This document shows, one piece after another, positions 25,450-37,990 of a DNA stretch of 64,000 nt. The position numbers and the translations under genes were made by a program. The stretch's first letter is position 1. The number at the start of each line of letters is the position of its first letter. The notes beneath the pieces were generated by a model. It was not told the DNA's origin and searched no databases. It was given only the letters and a program-made list of their open reading frames with translations. The DNA is taken from contig NW_024704742.1 of assembly GCF_018977255.1 (NCBI RefSeq), forward strand, positions 55,802,001 to 55,866,000. The letters run 5' to 3'. This DNA comes from Callorhinchus milii (lineage: Eukaryota).

Positions 25450-26097
25450 AGTGGTGTCAGATAAGATTGGATTGTTGCCTCTGAGTCAGAAAGTTGTGGG
25501 CTCATGCCCGATGTCAGGCTTTACAACTCACAATCTAGTTGACTGTATTCACCTCCAGTACAGTACAGCATTGCATTATTTGAGGTGCCATCCTTTGGAT
25601 GAGATATTAATACTGAGGTCTGCCTATTCAAGCGATAATTAAAAAACCCATGGCATTATTTGAAAAGAGAGGAGAGCTTCTCCCATTATCCTGGCCAACA
25701 ATTCTCCAAATAAAATTGGTCCTTCACTTCATGGCTGTTTGTGGGACATTGCAGGTGCAAATTGGCTGCTGCATTTTCCTACAACAACAATTACAACAAC
25801 AACAAATTGCATCTATTTCACGTGAGCAGGACATTCCAAGGCACTGGACGGTGAGGGATTTGCACCCGAGCTGAGTCCTGGAATCAGGAGGGTGAAGAGC
25901 AAGTGGGGTGGGAGAGGGAAAGATGACCGAAGGCACGGTTGAAGAGGAAGGTTTTAAAATGGGCCTGGCAGGAGGCAAAGGAGGGGGAAATTGGAAGGAT
26001 TCCAGGATGGAGTTCCAGTGGGTGGGGGAAATCCTGTAAAGCACTTTGAGATGTCTCAATTGTGTGTAAGCTGCTATATTAAAGGCAAGAATTATTT
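25450..26097 (+). mobile_element. Old Deu-core SINE interrupted by an antisense L2 3' fragment (about 25781-26028)
   Basis: SINE core ends ttttcctaca, then (caa)n plus the L2 antisense tail, then the SINE resumes aaatcctgtaaagcactttgagatg. Confidence 0.75.
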
Positions 26098-26509
26098 ATA
26101 CATTTTCTTAAAAAAATCATGGTCCCAGAATCCAGTAAATTCTGTTTTATGGTTGGCATTTTGCTTTACAGCCTTTTTCATGTCTTTTCTCGGCAAGAAA
26201 AGGACCTGAAAGCAAAACACTGGCCACAATCGCATTTTTCATTCCACCCTGAAAAGTTCAATAAAAAGGCTGGGGAGCACAACATAAGCCACCAAACTGC
26301 TTTTGCAATGTTCAGTATCTTTGTCCGTTTGTGAATTCTTTAAGGAAATTCTCAATTTTGGTCCCAAAATTAAAAATACAATTTGTGCAGTGACTTCCAG
26401 TTTTCAAATTCACATATTTTAGATCAAATTGGCTTCATCACAATAAAATCATTTGGAAATTCTTTTATGATGTAAGTTGCATCAATATGTGGAGGCATGG
26501 AGGTGTGGC

Positions 26510-26780
26510 GTGGAGTCCTGTAGCTCAGTGGTTAGAGCACTTGTTCATTTCCCGGCAGGGTGAAACCTTGGGCAAGTTTCCTTACTCCAAACACCTGATA
26601 ATAATTCCTCAAAAAAAAATTGGTCACTTCAATCCACGACTGTTTGTGGGACACTGCTGTGCGCAATTGGCTGGCGCGTTTCGCCCACAAATATACAGTC
26701 AATTCACTTCATAGTATATGAAACGTCTAGAAGACGTGAAAAGCGCTATATCAAATGCAAGGATTATTATTATTATTATA
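26510..26780 (+). mobile_element. Young tRNA-Ala-like SINE with small internal deletions
   Basis: Starts gtggagtcctgtagctcagtggttagagcac; ends ggattattattattattat. Confidence 0.9.
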
Positions 26781-26782
26781 AT

Positions 26783-28122
26783 ACAACAACAACAACAACA
26801 AGAAGATTCCATTTATAAAGCGCCTTTCACGTCAGGAGGACGTCCCAAGGCGCTGCACAGTTGGGTCATGACCCGAGCAGGGGGGAAATGGTCAGGGTGA
26901 GGGGAGGGAAGGGAGGGAGCGAGGAGGGGGGAAATGGTCAGGGGGAGGGGAGGGAAGGGAGGGAGCGAGGAGGGAGAAATGGTCAGGGTGAGGGGAGGCA
27001 AGGGAGGGAGCGAGGAGGGGGAAGAGAGTCGAGAGGGGAGCTGAAGGCTGGGTCAAAGAGAAAGGTTTTGAGACCGGCCTTGAAGGAGGAAAGGGAGGAG
27101 GCGGCGAAGGCACTGGGGGATGGAGTTCCAGAGCCTGGGGGCTGAGAGGCTGAAGGCCTGACCACCGATGGTAGGGCGATTGGGGCGGGGGATGTGGAGC
27201 AGACCGGAGCCGGAGGAACGGAGGGTACGGGCAGGTAGGTAGGGGGATAGTAGGTTGGAGAGGTAGGAGGGAGCAAGGCCGTGAATGGCCTTGTAGGTGA
27301 GGATGAGGATCTTGAAATCAATCCTCTGGGGGATGGGGAGCCAGTGGAGGCGAGCGAGGGTGGGAGTGATGTGGTCCTGGTGCGGGACAGTACACGAGCT
27401 GCAGAGTTCTGAATGACCTGCAGCTTGTGGAGGGAGGTGCGGGAAGGCCGGCGAGGAGAGAGTTCCCATAGTCCAGCCTTGAGGTGACAAAGGCGTGGAC
27501 CAGGGTTTCAGCAGCGTGAGGGGTGAGGTAGTGCCGTAGTCTGGCGATATTCCGGAGGTGATGGAAGGCGGTGCCAGTTGTGGTGCGGATGTGAGGGAGA
27601 AAGGACAGCTCAGGGTCGAACAGAACCCCGAGGTTCCTGACTGGCTTTGAGAGGTGGAGAGTGCAGCCTTGGATGCTGATGGTGTCGGCGCCTGAGGTGC
27701 GGAGGTGCTGACCTGAGCCAATCAGGAGGGCCTCAGTTTTTCGCACGTTGAGCTGAAGAAAGTTGTCTCTCGTCCAGGACTCGATGTCGGACAGGCAGCT
27801 GTCAGGACATCGGTGGTCGTGGAGTTGAGAGTAGAGGAGGAAAGGTAGAGTTGGGTGTCATCCGCATACATGTGGAAGTTAACCCCATGTCTGCGGATGA
27901 TGTCACCGAGGAGGAGCATATAGAGGGTGAAGAGGAGGGGACCGAGGACAGAGCCTTGAGGGACACCACATGAGACAGTGCGGGGGGTGGAGGAGAAGCC
28001 ATTTGTGGAGACAATGTGAAGACGGTGAGAAAGGTACGACCTAAACCACTCAAGGACAGTGCCTTGAAGGTTGAGGTGGGAGGACAAGCGGTGGAGTAGG
28101 ATAGCGTGGTCGACCGTATCGA
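26783..28122 (-). mobile_element. 5'-truncated L2-clade LINE with frameshifted ORF2 reverse transcriptase
   Basis: DTVDH...WFRSYL...[13 protein letters not shown]...[10 protein letters not shown], then KTEALLIG...VRNLGVLFD...SRLDYGNSLL and HITPTLARLHWLP. Ends in a stem-loop and (TTG)n tail. Confidence 0.95.
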
Positions 28123-29324
28123 CCATATACAGATAATTGTTTCAGTTGTGTATCATGTTCACTCAAGAAAAATGCCTAAAATCCTCTCCTTGCTTTTCAG
28201 AATAAAACTCTTGGATTGGATTACCTTTGAATAGGTAAATGTGCTGTACAGTCTGGTATTCTGACAAACAGATAATGTTAGTTAAATTTACTAATTTCAG
28301 ACAAGACGCCAATAGATTTTGCTACCATTGGTACATTTTAACGCTGAGTCATGGATGGAGAAAATCACCCTGATAGCTTTCCTGTAACCTCTGTTAGGTG
28401 AAATGGGGTTGAAAAGCCCTGCTCTTAAACATAGTAACATTACTGGCATGACAACACTGGAAAAAAAGTGGTCTGAGATCACCTCAGAGCCTGGAAGCTC
28501 ATGAGTTGGTGAAGTAAGGGTTTTCCCTGTACATTTCCAAGTCTGTTTTCTGGCATCCAGACACCAGTAATGTTACGTCTTAGCTGATAATTGCTTTTTC
28601 AACCCCAGTTTGTGTGTGGCCATCAATGAGAACAGGATTAAGGTTGGCTTTAAAGCCACATTGACCAAGGTCATTCATTTGGGTGAGGTACAGGAAGTGC
28701 GCCTACGTATATGGAAGGGAAGCTTATCTCAGCATGAAACAGTGCCTGCCTTCAGGAGAAAATAATATAAAAAAGCTTGTGTTAAGTGGCTTTTCATGAA
28801 GGCAACAGCCACTTAAACATAACTTGGCCTCAATTCAAATTGTTTGTATTGTTTGGGAACTTTCCTGATGTCTACTAAACTGTTTTAAATGAAAAGGGCA
28901 TATTAGTGCACATCTGACATCTTCCTTGGAGACGAGATCCATTTCAATTGAAAGTATATGTGGCATCCTCTCTGCCAAATCCAACAATTTATTTGTGTCT
29001 CACAAATTGCTGTGTTTATCTTTCTTGAATTTAGGGCCCACGAATATGGGTCACTGTTTCAGTTCCAAAGAAACAAAAATGAGTAATGAGCAAATTTGTC
29101 TAGTCCCCAAGTAAATTCATGGTTTAAAAAATAAAACTAATGAAAAAATATTTAGATGGATCTGATAATGCACTGTTCTCAAACAGGAAATTGCTGCTCT
29201 ATTAGTGTCTTCTGGTTTGCTATCATGGTTATAATTATAATAATCCTGGCATTTGATACAGTACCTTATGTCATCAAGCCATCCCAAAGCACTTCACAGG
29301 ATTCATTGTAAAGTCATGTGAATG

Positions 29325-29677
29325 TAACTCAGTGGTTAGAGCACTTGCCTCGCAAGCAAGAGACCTGGGTTTGATTCTCTGCAGGGCAAAACATTGGGCA
29401 AGTTTCCTTACTCCACATGGCTCTGTTTACCTAGCAGTAAGTAGGAACCCGATTGTTAGACGATTGGTGGATCGTTTTTCTGGGGGTAATAATTCCTTAA
29501 CAAAAATAATAATAATAAATTGGTCACTCAATCCACGACTGTTTGTGCAATTGGTTCCCGTGTTTCTCCCACAAAATATACAATCAATTCACTTTACAGC
29601 ATACTCTGTGAAGCATTTTGAGACGTTTCAAAAACATGATAAAGCACCATAAAAAATGCAAGGATTATTATTATTAT
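29325..29677 (+). mobile_element. tRNA-Ala-like SINE, longer variant
   Basis: Same head and tail as 22489-22799 plus an extra internal segment (ggctctgtttacctagcagtaagtaggaacccg...). Confidence 0.85.
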
Positions 29678-31469
29678 CACATCGACTAGACTTGAAGCAC
29701 TTCACCAGATTTTACTGTGAGATGCAATATTTTGTAGGCAAATGTGTCAGTTAATTTGTGCATAGCAGTATCCCACAAGCAATCATGCAGTGAATGACCA
29801 ATTTTATATGGCGGATGTTGACCAGGAGAAACTCCGTACTCTTTTCGAATAGTGCCATGCTCTCCTCGGCATCCAAAATTGTGATTTTTGCAGGCCCCAA
29901 AATACTAAAAACGCATGAAAAGTCGGACAAAAATTTGCAATAAAAGCACCAGCAATAAAACCACCTTTGCTAATCTTTGGGACAGTGCGTTTTTCATCCC
30001 AACTTTTTTTCAGATACTTTCATCCTTTCCGTCACAAACCATAAATCATTATTTCACTGTAATTTCCATTTTGGGAATATCGTATTTTTAACTCCACACC
30101 TATTTTTATTTTGTTATTGATTTCAGAATCAAGCAATAAAAATATACAGAAAAATATCACACTTTGCAGTAAATCCTGTGACGTGTGTTGAGACGTTCTC
30201 CTGATGTGAAAGGCCCTAAACCAAATGGAAGGATTATTTATTATAAAAGACCCAGAAATCAGTTTACTTTAACTTAGTGGATCAAGAACTTGAAACATCT
30301 CCAACAACACCATTCAGAAGGGATAGAATTTTGACTTTTATAAAATCGCTGCTCACACTAAAAGCATTCTTCAGATATTACACAAGTCTTAGTGGATTTA
30401 CAGCTAAAAAGTATTTGGGGCTGATCAGCCTAGATCCCTGCGACCAATCTGGTCCATGTACACTCCAAGCTGTAGGACTGTATAACATTAAAAAAAAATG
30501 TGCTTACATGTTTTTGTTCTTAAAATTGGTCTGTGTTTCTACAGTGAATCATAGCTTCCCTCCCAGCTGTGGTTCTGAATGCCCCTCCATGGCTTATCTG
30601 GCAGGATAAGGAGAAAGTCTATTTCCCCACATGATAAGATGCTCTCACCAGACTACCTAATAAAAACCTAGCACACATGATTAGCAGTCTGAAATGTTAG
30701 TCATAAGCACCGCACAAATCTTTGATTTTAAATGGAATGAGAAGGCATACTTCTGAGCTTCATAAGATAGTGAAGTACAATTCCAAGGCAGCCTTTCTGT
30801 ACTTTGTTGACTCAGATGGTTGCACACATGTCTCTCGGTCGGAAGGATTTGGGTTCAAACCCCACATTATAACTTTGAAGTCACAGTCCAGGATGATGCT
30901 ATTTGCTCGGTCTCCAAACCACATTAACAATCCTGTGAAGTGCATCGATACAGCCTTCCAACATAAAGGCATGGTATTAAATGTAAGGATTATTATTATT
31001 ACCTTTCCCAATTGACCATCCATCACAACAGTCCATAGGCTAGTTCCGTCAAGGAGTCGCTTCCCGAACATTCACACTAGTCTAGGTTAGTCCGTGTGCA
31101 ATCGGTACTATGTTTCCAGGTTTTTCCTTGATCAATCAAAAACAAATATTTTGTTGACCAATCAAAAGGATCTAGAAAGTGATTCTCAGGTGACTTTTCA
31201 AACAGTGATGGACATCAAAGCTAATAATAATAATCCTATTATAAGTATTGCTTTTGATATAACCCCTTTCATGTCAAGAGGATGTCTTAAAGCATGTCAC
31301 AGGATTTGTTGTAAAATGTAGTTTATTGTGTCAGCGAATGCGGCATCTAAGTTGTGCACAGCAAAGCACCACAAAGTTTATGTGGAGCAAATATTGAAGC
31401 TGAGATCTTATTTATTTATACAGTTCAACATTACAAACCATTGTGGCAATTCACTTGACTAGGGTCTGA

Positions 31470-31700
31470 AACAACAACTTACATTTATATAGCGTCCTTC
31501 ATGTGGATATAGTCTCAATACGCTTCACAGTGGCATGGCTTGATGCCGAGCTGGAAGGGGAGTGGGGATGACTGAATGCTTGGTCGAAGAGGAAAGTTTT
31601 CAGGTATGATTTGAAGTAGGCAAAATGGAGGGATTGAGGCAGGGAGTTCCAGAGATTTAGAGCATAATGGCTAAAAGCAAGGCTGCCCATTCGGGACTGG
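31470..31700 (-). mobile_element. Old L2 3' fragment
   Basis: Minus ORF AFSHYALNLWNSLPQSL...FKSYLKTFLF and antisense tail caacaacttacatttatatagc. Confidence 0.8.
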
Positions 31701-32459
31701 ACAGGAAATGCAGAAGACTAAAAGTTTGAAACTCTGGGGGTAGATCCATTTAACTCTATTAGCCCCAATGAGATAGATGAAATGAGTACCATGGGAAAGA
31801 TTATCATCCCGGAGGGAGATTTGTCATTTCTGTGGGGATAAACTGGTTCAAAAGTAACATGATTAATAAAACAGGCAGGTTTTGAGAGATATACAGTTGT
31901 TAAGGAGGTGGAAAATATGCTTAATCCTGCAAACAAAGGTCCTACTGGATAGCAGTCCTAGTCAGACAAGTGGCACCCTGTGTGCCTACTGTTGAAATTC
32001 AATATTACTCCATCCCTTCAATTAGCCCAATGAACCCTCAGCAGAGTATTGCTCAGTGTTTCAATGGGAACTGGATATTTCCAGACGATAACAGCCTAAA
32101 GTTTTTTCTTATTGGCATGGAATGAGGAGGAGGGAAGGAAGGGAAGAATATTACTATTGACGCTTTAGTGCACAAAGTATAATGTTGTTGAGCATATGGA
32201 AAAAATATGATCTAATGGCAGAATAAACTGTATGTTAATAAAACCTTACTGCGGTTCTTTTAGATCCTGATAGACTACATTACGCTGCATTTTTGAATGC
32301 TGAATGGTTCGCATTTCTTCAGATACTTTCTTCAGAATGGTCTTTCAATTGTGTGTTGCAATTGTGCACGAGGATTAATGTGGTTCTGCAATGATACAGC
32401 TAGATAGCAGGTGTTTGTACCCAGTAAGTGTGCTGTCATTCTTTATGGATTCTAAGCTG

Positions 32460-32513
32460 GTCGGGAGTAATATTAACCTCTCTGGTGTCGGGAGTAATAT
32501 TAACCTCTCTGGT
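32460..32513. repeat. Perfect 27-bp tandem duplication
   Basis: gtcgggagtaatattaacctctctggt occurs twice in tandem. Confidence 0.95.
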
Positions 32514-33687
32514 GTCCTCCTGATACTAGAGCTACAATATCTGTTTCATTCACTTACTTTTTCTTAGCTCGGTGCAAAAAATGATGAACTAGACATTTGA
32601 GTGAGCTTGTTTGATGCTGCGGACTCGCATCTACTGGGATTAGACTAAATGCAGATTTGAAGTTTTCGGTCTACTTGTAAATCCAAAATCATTTCATGTA
32701 ATACAGAGTCCATTGTTTTCGGGATAATTCATATAGCTGTAGCCCTCTGATTAAATGATATTATTTGGTACAAAAAAAACATTGGAGGAACCATTGTTTC
32801 TGCATTGTTCAAGGATCTTCTACACATGAAACACTTCTGCACAGGAGCTCTGAAGAAATAACTCAATGCTCTATCATCAACTATTGCCACGACAGCTGCC
32901 TGTTTATTCTAGTGAGTGACATCTTTCTCACTCTTATAAGTTTCAATTAAAAGTCAATTGTCAGGTGCATGTGTCATTGCCTTGTATTTTGAAAGCCTAA
33001 TGCAGAACTCAATTGAAAGATCATGATAAAGTCAAGTTTACAGCTCAGTTTGTAAGCCTCAGTAGTCCAGTGTCCTGCTTGTCAACCAAAGCTTGCTTTA
33101 TTTGTAGATGTTGACATTTAAATATTTCCCAAGGATCCTGGTAAAAATAATGTTTCATAATGTGCAGGCACTGCACTTGGTAGCAATCACTAGAAGCATT
33201 TTGAGATGTTCAGACATTATAGATGCTGTATAAAATGCAAGATTATTATTATTATATGATTACCATGGCATAACTATTTTCTAAATATTATTAACTCCGA
33301 GAATATTCATTTTCTTTTTCAGATTTTAATATAAAATTGCATCATTTACTTTTTTGGAGCTCTGCACTTTTACAAAGGAATAAATGCAAATCAAAAAGCC
33401 AAATGTTACACCTACCAGTCAGTTCATCAATAATGTGCACTCATTGAAAAGTGTCTTTTACACAAGAAAACAGTTCAAAGTACTTCTTAGAGACGGACTG
33501 TAATTTCGAAAGAAATGCCACTTTTTTTCATACATGTAAAATCAGTGCATTCACTCACAAACCAAATTGTTGTATATTAATACTAGGAGGATTGTTTTTT
33601 ACACTAAGAGTTGTTAGGACGTGGGGTTAGCATTAGGGTTATGCTCAACCTGCCAGGGGCAATGGTTGAGGCAGAATCCATATGATG

Positions 33688-34608
33688 ACAACATCAACTT
33701 GCATTTATATTGCACCCTTCATGCATGTCGTGTCACGGAGCGGTTAATGTGGCATGGTTTTACCTCGAGCTGGGGAGGTGATTTAAGGTGCAGTCGAAGA
33801 GGAAAGTCTTCAGGTGTGAATTGGAGATTAGCAAAGAGGGGGCAAAACAGAGGGATTGAGGCAGGAAGTTCCAGAGATTCGGGGCATCGTGGCTGAATGG
33901 CCACCAATGGTAGGTAGAGGAGAGGGAACGAGGGACGTGCAGAAGTCCAGAACCCGGTGAGTAAAGGTGGCAGGTGATGGACTGGGGTGTGAGCAGATCA
34001 GAGAGGTAAGGAGGTGTCATTGATTTAAAAGTGAACTTGAAATCGACCTGTTCTGTAACAGCGAGCCAGTGGAGTCTGACAAGAACTGGGGTGATGGTGG
34101 TGTGAGCCTGGTACGGGTGAAGATATGGGAGGTAGAGTTTTGTATCATTTGAACCTTGTTTATAGTGGAGCTGGGAAGACAGGTGAGGAGTTCATTGGAA
34201 AAATCGAGGCTGGAGGTGACAAAGCATAAGTGAGAGTTTCAGCTATGTTTGAAGTAGGATAGGGTTAAAGATGGGTGATGTGGTAGAGGGGGAGGAAGGC
34301 AGTCCTACTCAGGCACTGGATGTGGGGTAGGAAGGATAATTGGGATTAAACTGGAATGCCTAGGTTTCACACAAGGTCAGTGAGCCTGAGGGATAGGCTG
34401 GGAAGGTTAAGGAGTTCAGAACCGCAGGAGAGAAGACATTGAATGGAGCCAAGGATGATGGCTTACATCTGATTCATGTTCAGCTGCAGAAAATTGGCAC
34501 TCAGCCAGGCCTTACTGTCAGATAAGCAGGCAGTCACAACATCAGTAGAAATGGGGTTGAGATGAGAGGAGAAAAAATAAATTTGGGTGTCATCCGTATA
34601 TATATAAG
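33688..34608 (-). mobile_element. Decayed L2 ORF2 3' half
   Basis: Reverse complement of about 34580-34605 encodes YTDDTQIY (YADD motif); also PPYLSDLL...PGSGLLHVP and the L2 tail at 33688. Confidence 0.85.
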
Positions 34609-35859
34609 TTTTCAAGAGGAAACGAGCTGGATATCTAAAAAGATTTGTAGGGATATGGCGAAAAGGCAGTCAAATGGAACTGATTATACTCTTTTTTCTG
34701 GAACTTTCTGCTTCACTCCCTTCACATCATTCCCTGTTTATTTATCTTTAAATCCCAACTAAGACCTACCTCTTTGACATCGTCTGTGGTCACCTCCCTC
34801 TTCCTCTTCTCCCTGGCTCAGTCTCCAAACCTGCCAGCATAAAGTGCAATTTGCATGAAGGGCACAATATAAATGCAAGCTGTATATTGGTGAGCCAGTA
34901 CAGATGTAAAAGGCCAAAGGGCATTCTTCTGTGCTGTAACTTTCAATGGTTCTATATTATTGTCTGTAAAAAAAAAAGACAATTCTTTTAGTTGACTGCT
35001 GGCTGTATTTGGTATGTATTGTTACAGAATCTCTAAGGTTATTCACCGCAGCCTTACTCTGCTAATTGCATCAGAGAAGGAGATTTGAAAATCATTTTAG
35101 CTCAATTTGCGTGTAGGATGAAGTGATTCGGATCAAAGTTATTTAAATTACTGAGAAATGGTTCCCCAAATTCCCAATATTCACAGGCGTTTTAGGAAAG
35201 AATAAATTCCACCTCGATTACTTCGGTACAATTATAGGGGGGAGAATTGAAGCATTTCTAAAAATATTCCATTCTTAATTAACTGCGTTCCTTACCCATT
35301 GAAATGCTACACAAGTGATTTCCACCATTTCCAATGTCAATAAAGAGTTCCTTGTGTACTGCAACGGTTCTCACCCCTTGTTGTATGTGCAAATTTTATT
35401 AACGCTTTCGAACTAAGTGGCCTCTGCTTCTATCCTAACCTTGTCGCTGTAAGTCCCTATTTCAAAGGTGACTCTACCAAGTCAGAATCACCTACAGACA
35501 GATATTCCCAGTTAACCCCAATGTCCGGTAACTGGAATGTCTAATCGGAGTCTGCTCACACTAGTAGACCCCCGATATTGACATCTTCCCTGCAAAGTGC
35601 TTACTCCATTTTTTGTCTAGAATACTGCAGAGACTCGAGGATACATTTGGTAGAAACCGCAACTCTTTATTAAAACCTAGCAACCCTAGGTTACCTTGCA
35701 TATAAGGAACACAACAATGAAAGATATGAAACAATGGGATCAAGCATAACTATCACACATCACTATAACAACTGATAGCACAATGCTACATTAGTAAAAA
35801 AATTAAAAGAACAGCCCTGACTTTACAGTAGTCCTACCAGATGATGACCATTATTTAGC

Positions 35860-36065
35860 AACCACGAGGAGCGCCAAACATTGCTTTATATAGACGTGTG
35901 GCCCTGCCCACCATGTGATGCAAATGCAAGGTTTTTTTCCCGCGCTAGCTCCCACCTGGTATTTTACACTGCAGGCTGCTTGTCGGTGTTTGTGACCTGA
36001 CTGTCAATCAAGCAGCTCTGGATCTATTACTTTGCTACCACCTTTATTCCATGACGTTGCAATGA
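35860..36065 (-). promoter_or_regulatory. Candidate Pol II promoter or enhancer motif cluster
   Basis: TATATAAA on minus (35885-35892), octamer ATGCAAAT (35918-35925), E2F-type TTTCCCGCGC (35936-35945) and GCGCCAAA (35871-35878), E-boxes CATGTG (35912) and CACCTG (35953), Pbx-Meis/Prep decamer TGATTGACAG on minus (36001-36010). Confidence 0.5.
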
Positions 36066-36444
36066 TATTTCAAAGATTTGTCACCAAATGCGTACAACTG
36101 AGAATTTTTTTAAAACACAATTGGTAGTGAGTCAGAAGGCGCATTTAGTCCAGTGATATAATTTATAAATGTTAAATTTTCAATGTCTAAAGGCTTTACT
36201 TCCTCTTCATGGTGGAAAGCATTCGTGTAGCAATGAAATGTGCCACATGACAAGGAATTCAAATTAATATTTATAAAACTTGTCTTATGGTAATAATCTG
36301 TGAATTTTATATAGTGCCTTCATCTTGGGAGAACATGCCAAAGGCTTCACAGAATTTACTGTAAGGTGTAGTGACTATGTATTTTTGTAGCAAAATGCCT
36401 TTATGTAAAAAATAGGGAAAGAGAAAATGTATTAAAGACAAAAA

Positions 36445-36665
36445 AGAGGTGAGGTATTTTCAATCAGTTAGAGAGTACTGGAGACAAAGGTTTGATTTTG
36501 TTAGAAAATGAAAATTCATGAATTTTTCAGCAGAACATCTGGGTAAGGTGAGATTTGGACTAAAAGTGGAAGCCATTAGATTATGTCAAAGCAATGGGGT
36601 TCAGAAAACAGTAAAGATTAGAAACGGGCAACCTGTGAGTCTTGACTGCAAAATAGTTGATAAGT
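36445..36665. repeat. Unclassified repeat, copy 1 of 2
   Basis: Shares caaaggtttgattttgttaga, gagatttggactaa and tcttgactg in the same order with 43785-43985. Confidence 0.75.
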
Positions 36666-37769
36666 ATAGTGATACCTTATATTTTGTAGGTGAATGCAAC
36701 TGCCAATTTGAACACCGAAATGTCCCACAAACAACCATATTAATATCCGTTACATCAGGTCTAGGTACAAAAGTCCAAGACCTGTCATTGCTATGATTCT
36801 ATGTATATTGTTTTGATTATAACATGTCTATTCAATATTTACACAAATGGCTGCAGCATCAGATTCAATGGGTTATTCTTTCCCTCGTGCCTTTTACAAA
36901 GTAATGGATTCACAGCAAAAGAAAAGCTTGGTAATGATACAGTTAATGCAATTTCTTTTTGAAAAGATCTTCTGGCAGCAACTTTGTTATTGTCTTCTCT
37001 CTTCAAAAATTCATGAATTTTCAGCTATTAAGTATAATTTGAAAAGTTATTTTCACTTAATGAGTGTTGCTATGCAGCAAAGCTGCAGTGCACAGCCACT
37101 GCTCAAAGAACATTGCTGTTTGCAGCCAGATGGAGAAAGCTGCAGCCAAAAAATAACTTTGTCAGCATGAGCAGAGAAAGGGGTATTGTTACGCATGATG
37201 TGCTCCTGTGGAATAGAATTTGACTTTGTTTTCATTTTCCTATTCAGTTTTTATAAAATTAAAGTGATAATAAATCACAGTGAACTTTAAGGTATAACTA
37301 TGCCTTTTGTTTATTCTTTTTTTTATCAGTGAACTTTCATGTGAGTGTACTGAAACTTTAATGTTCTCCAGAAGGGAGATAAATAGTCTCAATTATAGAT
37401 CCTCTGTAATCTGAATTCGATGGTCCATTTGTTAAAACAACTGGTCGGGACTCTTCAGAGACTTCTGGTAAACCTGATAAACCTTCTTTTTATGGTGTTG
37501 TAAATTGGATATTATCTAAACATTGAGCATTGAGCCATTCAAATCACCACATTGTTTAAGCAAAGTAAGTCAGCAGACTGCAGTGTCTGATAACATATAA
37601 ATTGTCATCAGCAAAATACTCACAATCTTTATTTACACACAAAAAGGGTACTGCTGAAACAAGCAGCTCTGAGGAAAAATAATTCAGGCTTGTAAATATA
37701 GATAATTATTAATATATACTTTTGTTGAATTTTGTGGGAAGAAGATGAGAGGAGGTTGTCAGGCTGGGA

Positions 37770-37990
37770 ATGGAACACACTTTCTATGCAGGATCAGATT
37801 CAACCTCTCCCAGGTGAAGTACAACACAGGCCAGATCGGGAGTAAAGCTCCTTCTATTCCACTCAACAAAAGGCCTTGAACGCCACCCTAATAAAAGCTT
37901 TCAGCTACTACATTAGTGTGACTACTTTTAATTTACAACACTAGGAGGAACTGAGTGAACAATTGGTGCTGAACTATGTCCACTTAAAAT
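37770..37990 (-). repeat. Possible ancient LF-SINE-like 3' region
   Basis: Reverse complement has tagaaggagctttactc...gtgttgtacttcacctgggagagg, resembling from memory the 3' part of LF-SINE-related shark repeats. Confidence 0.3.

Noticed and set aside
28201..28234. Plus-strand exon with good splice signals (cttgcttttcag ... tag|gtaaat)
   Set aside because: All three frames contain a stop, so it is not an internal coding exon; a non-coding exon cannot be supported without RNA data.
35593..35604. miR-17 family match (caaagtgcttac)
   Set aside because: Only the first 12 nt match and there is no complementary arm to form a precursor hairpin.
35780..35925. Immunoglobulin V gene or histone H2B gene downstream of octamer plus TATA
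   Set aside because: The first downstream ATG hits a stop after five codons; no leader, V exon, RSS or histone ORF is visible.
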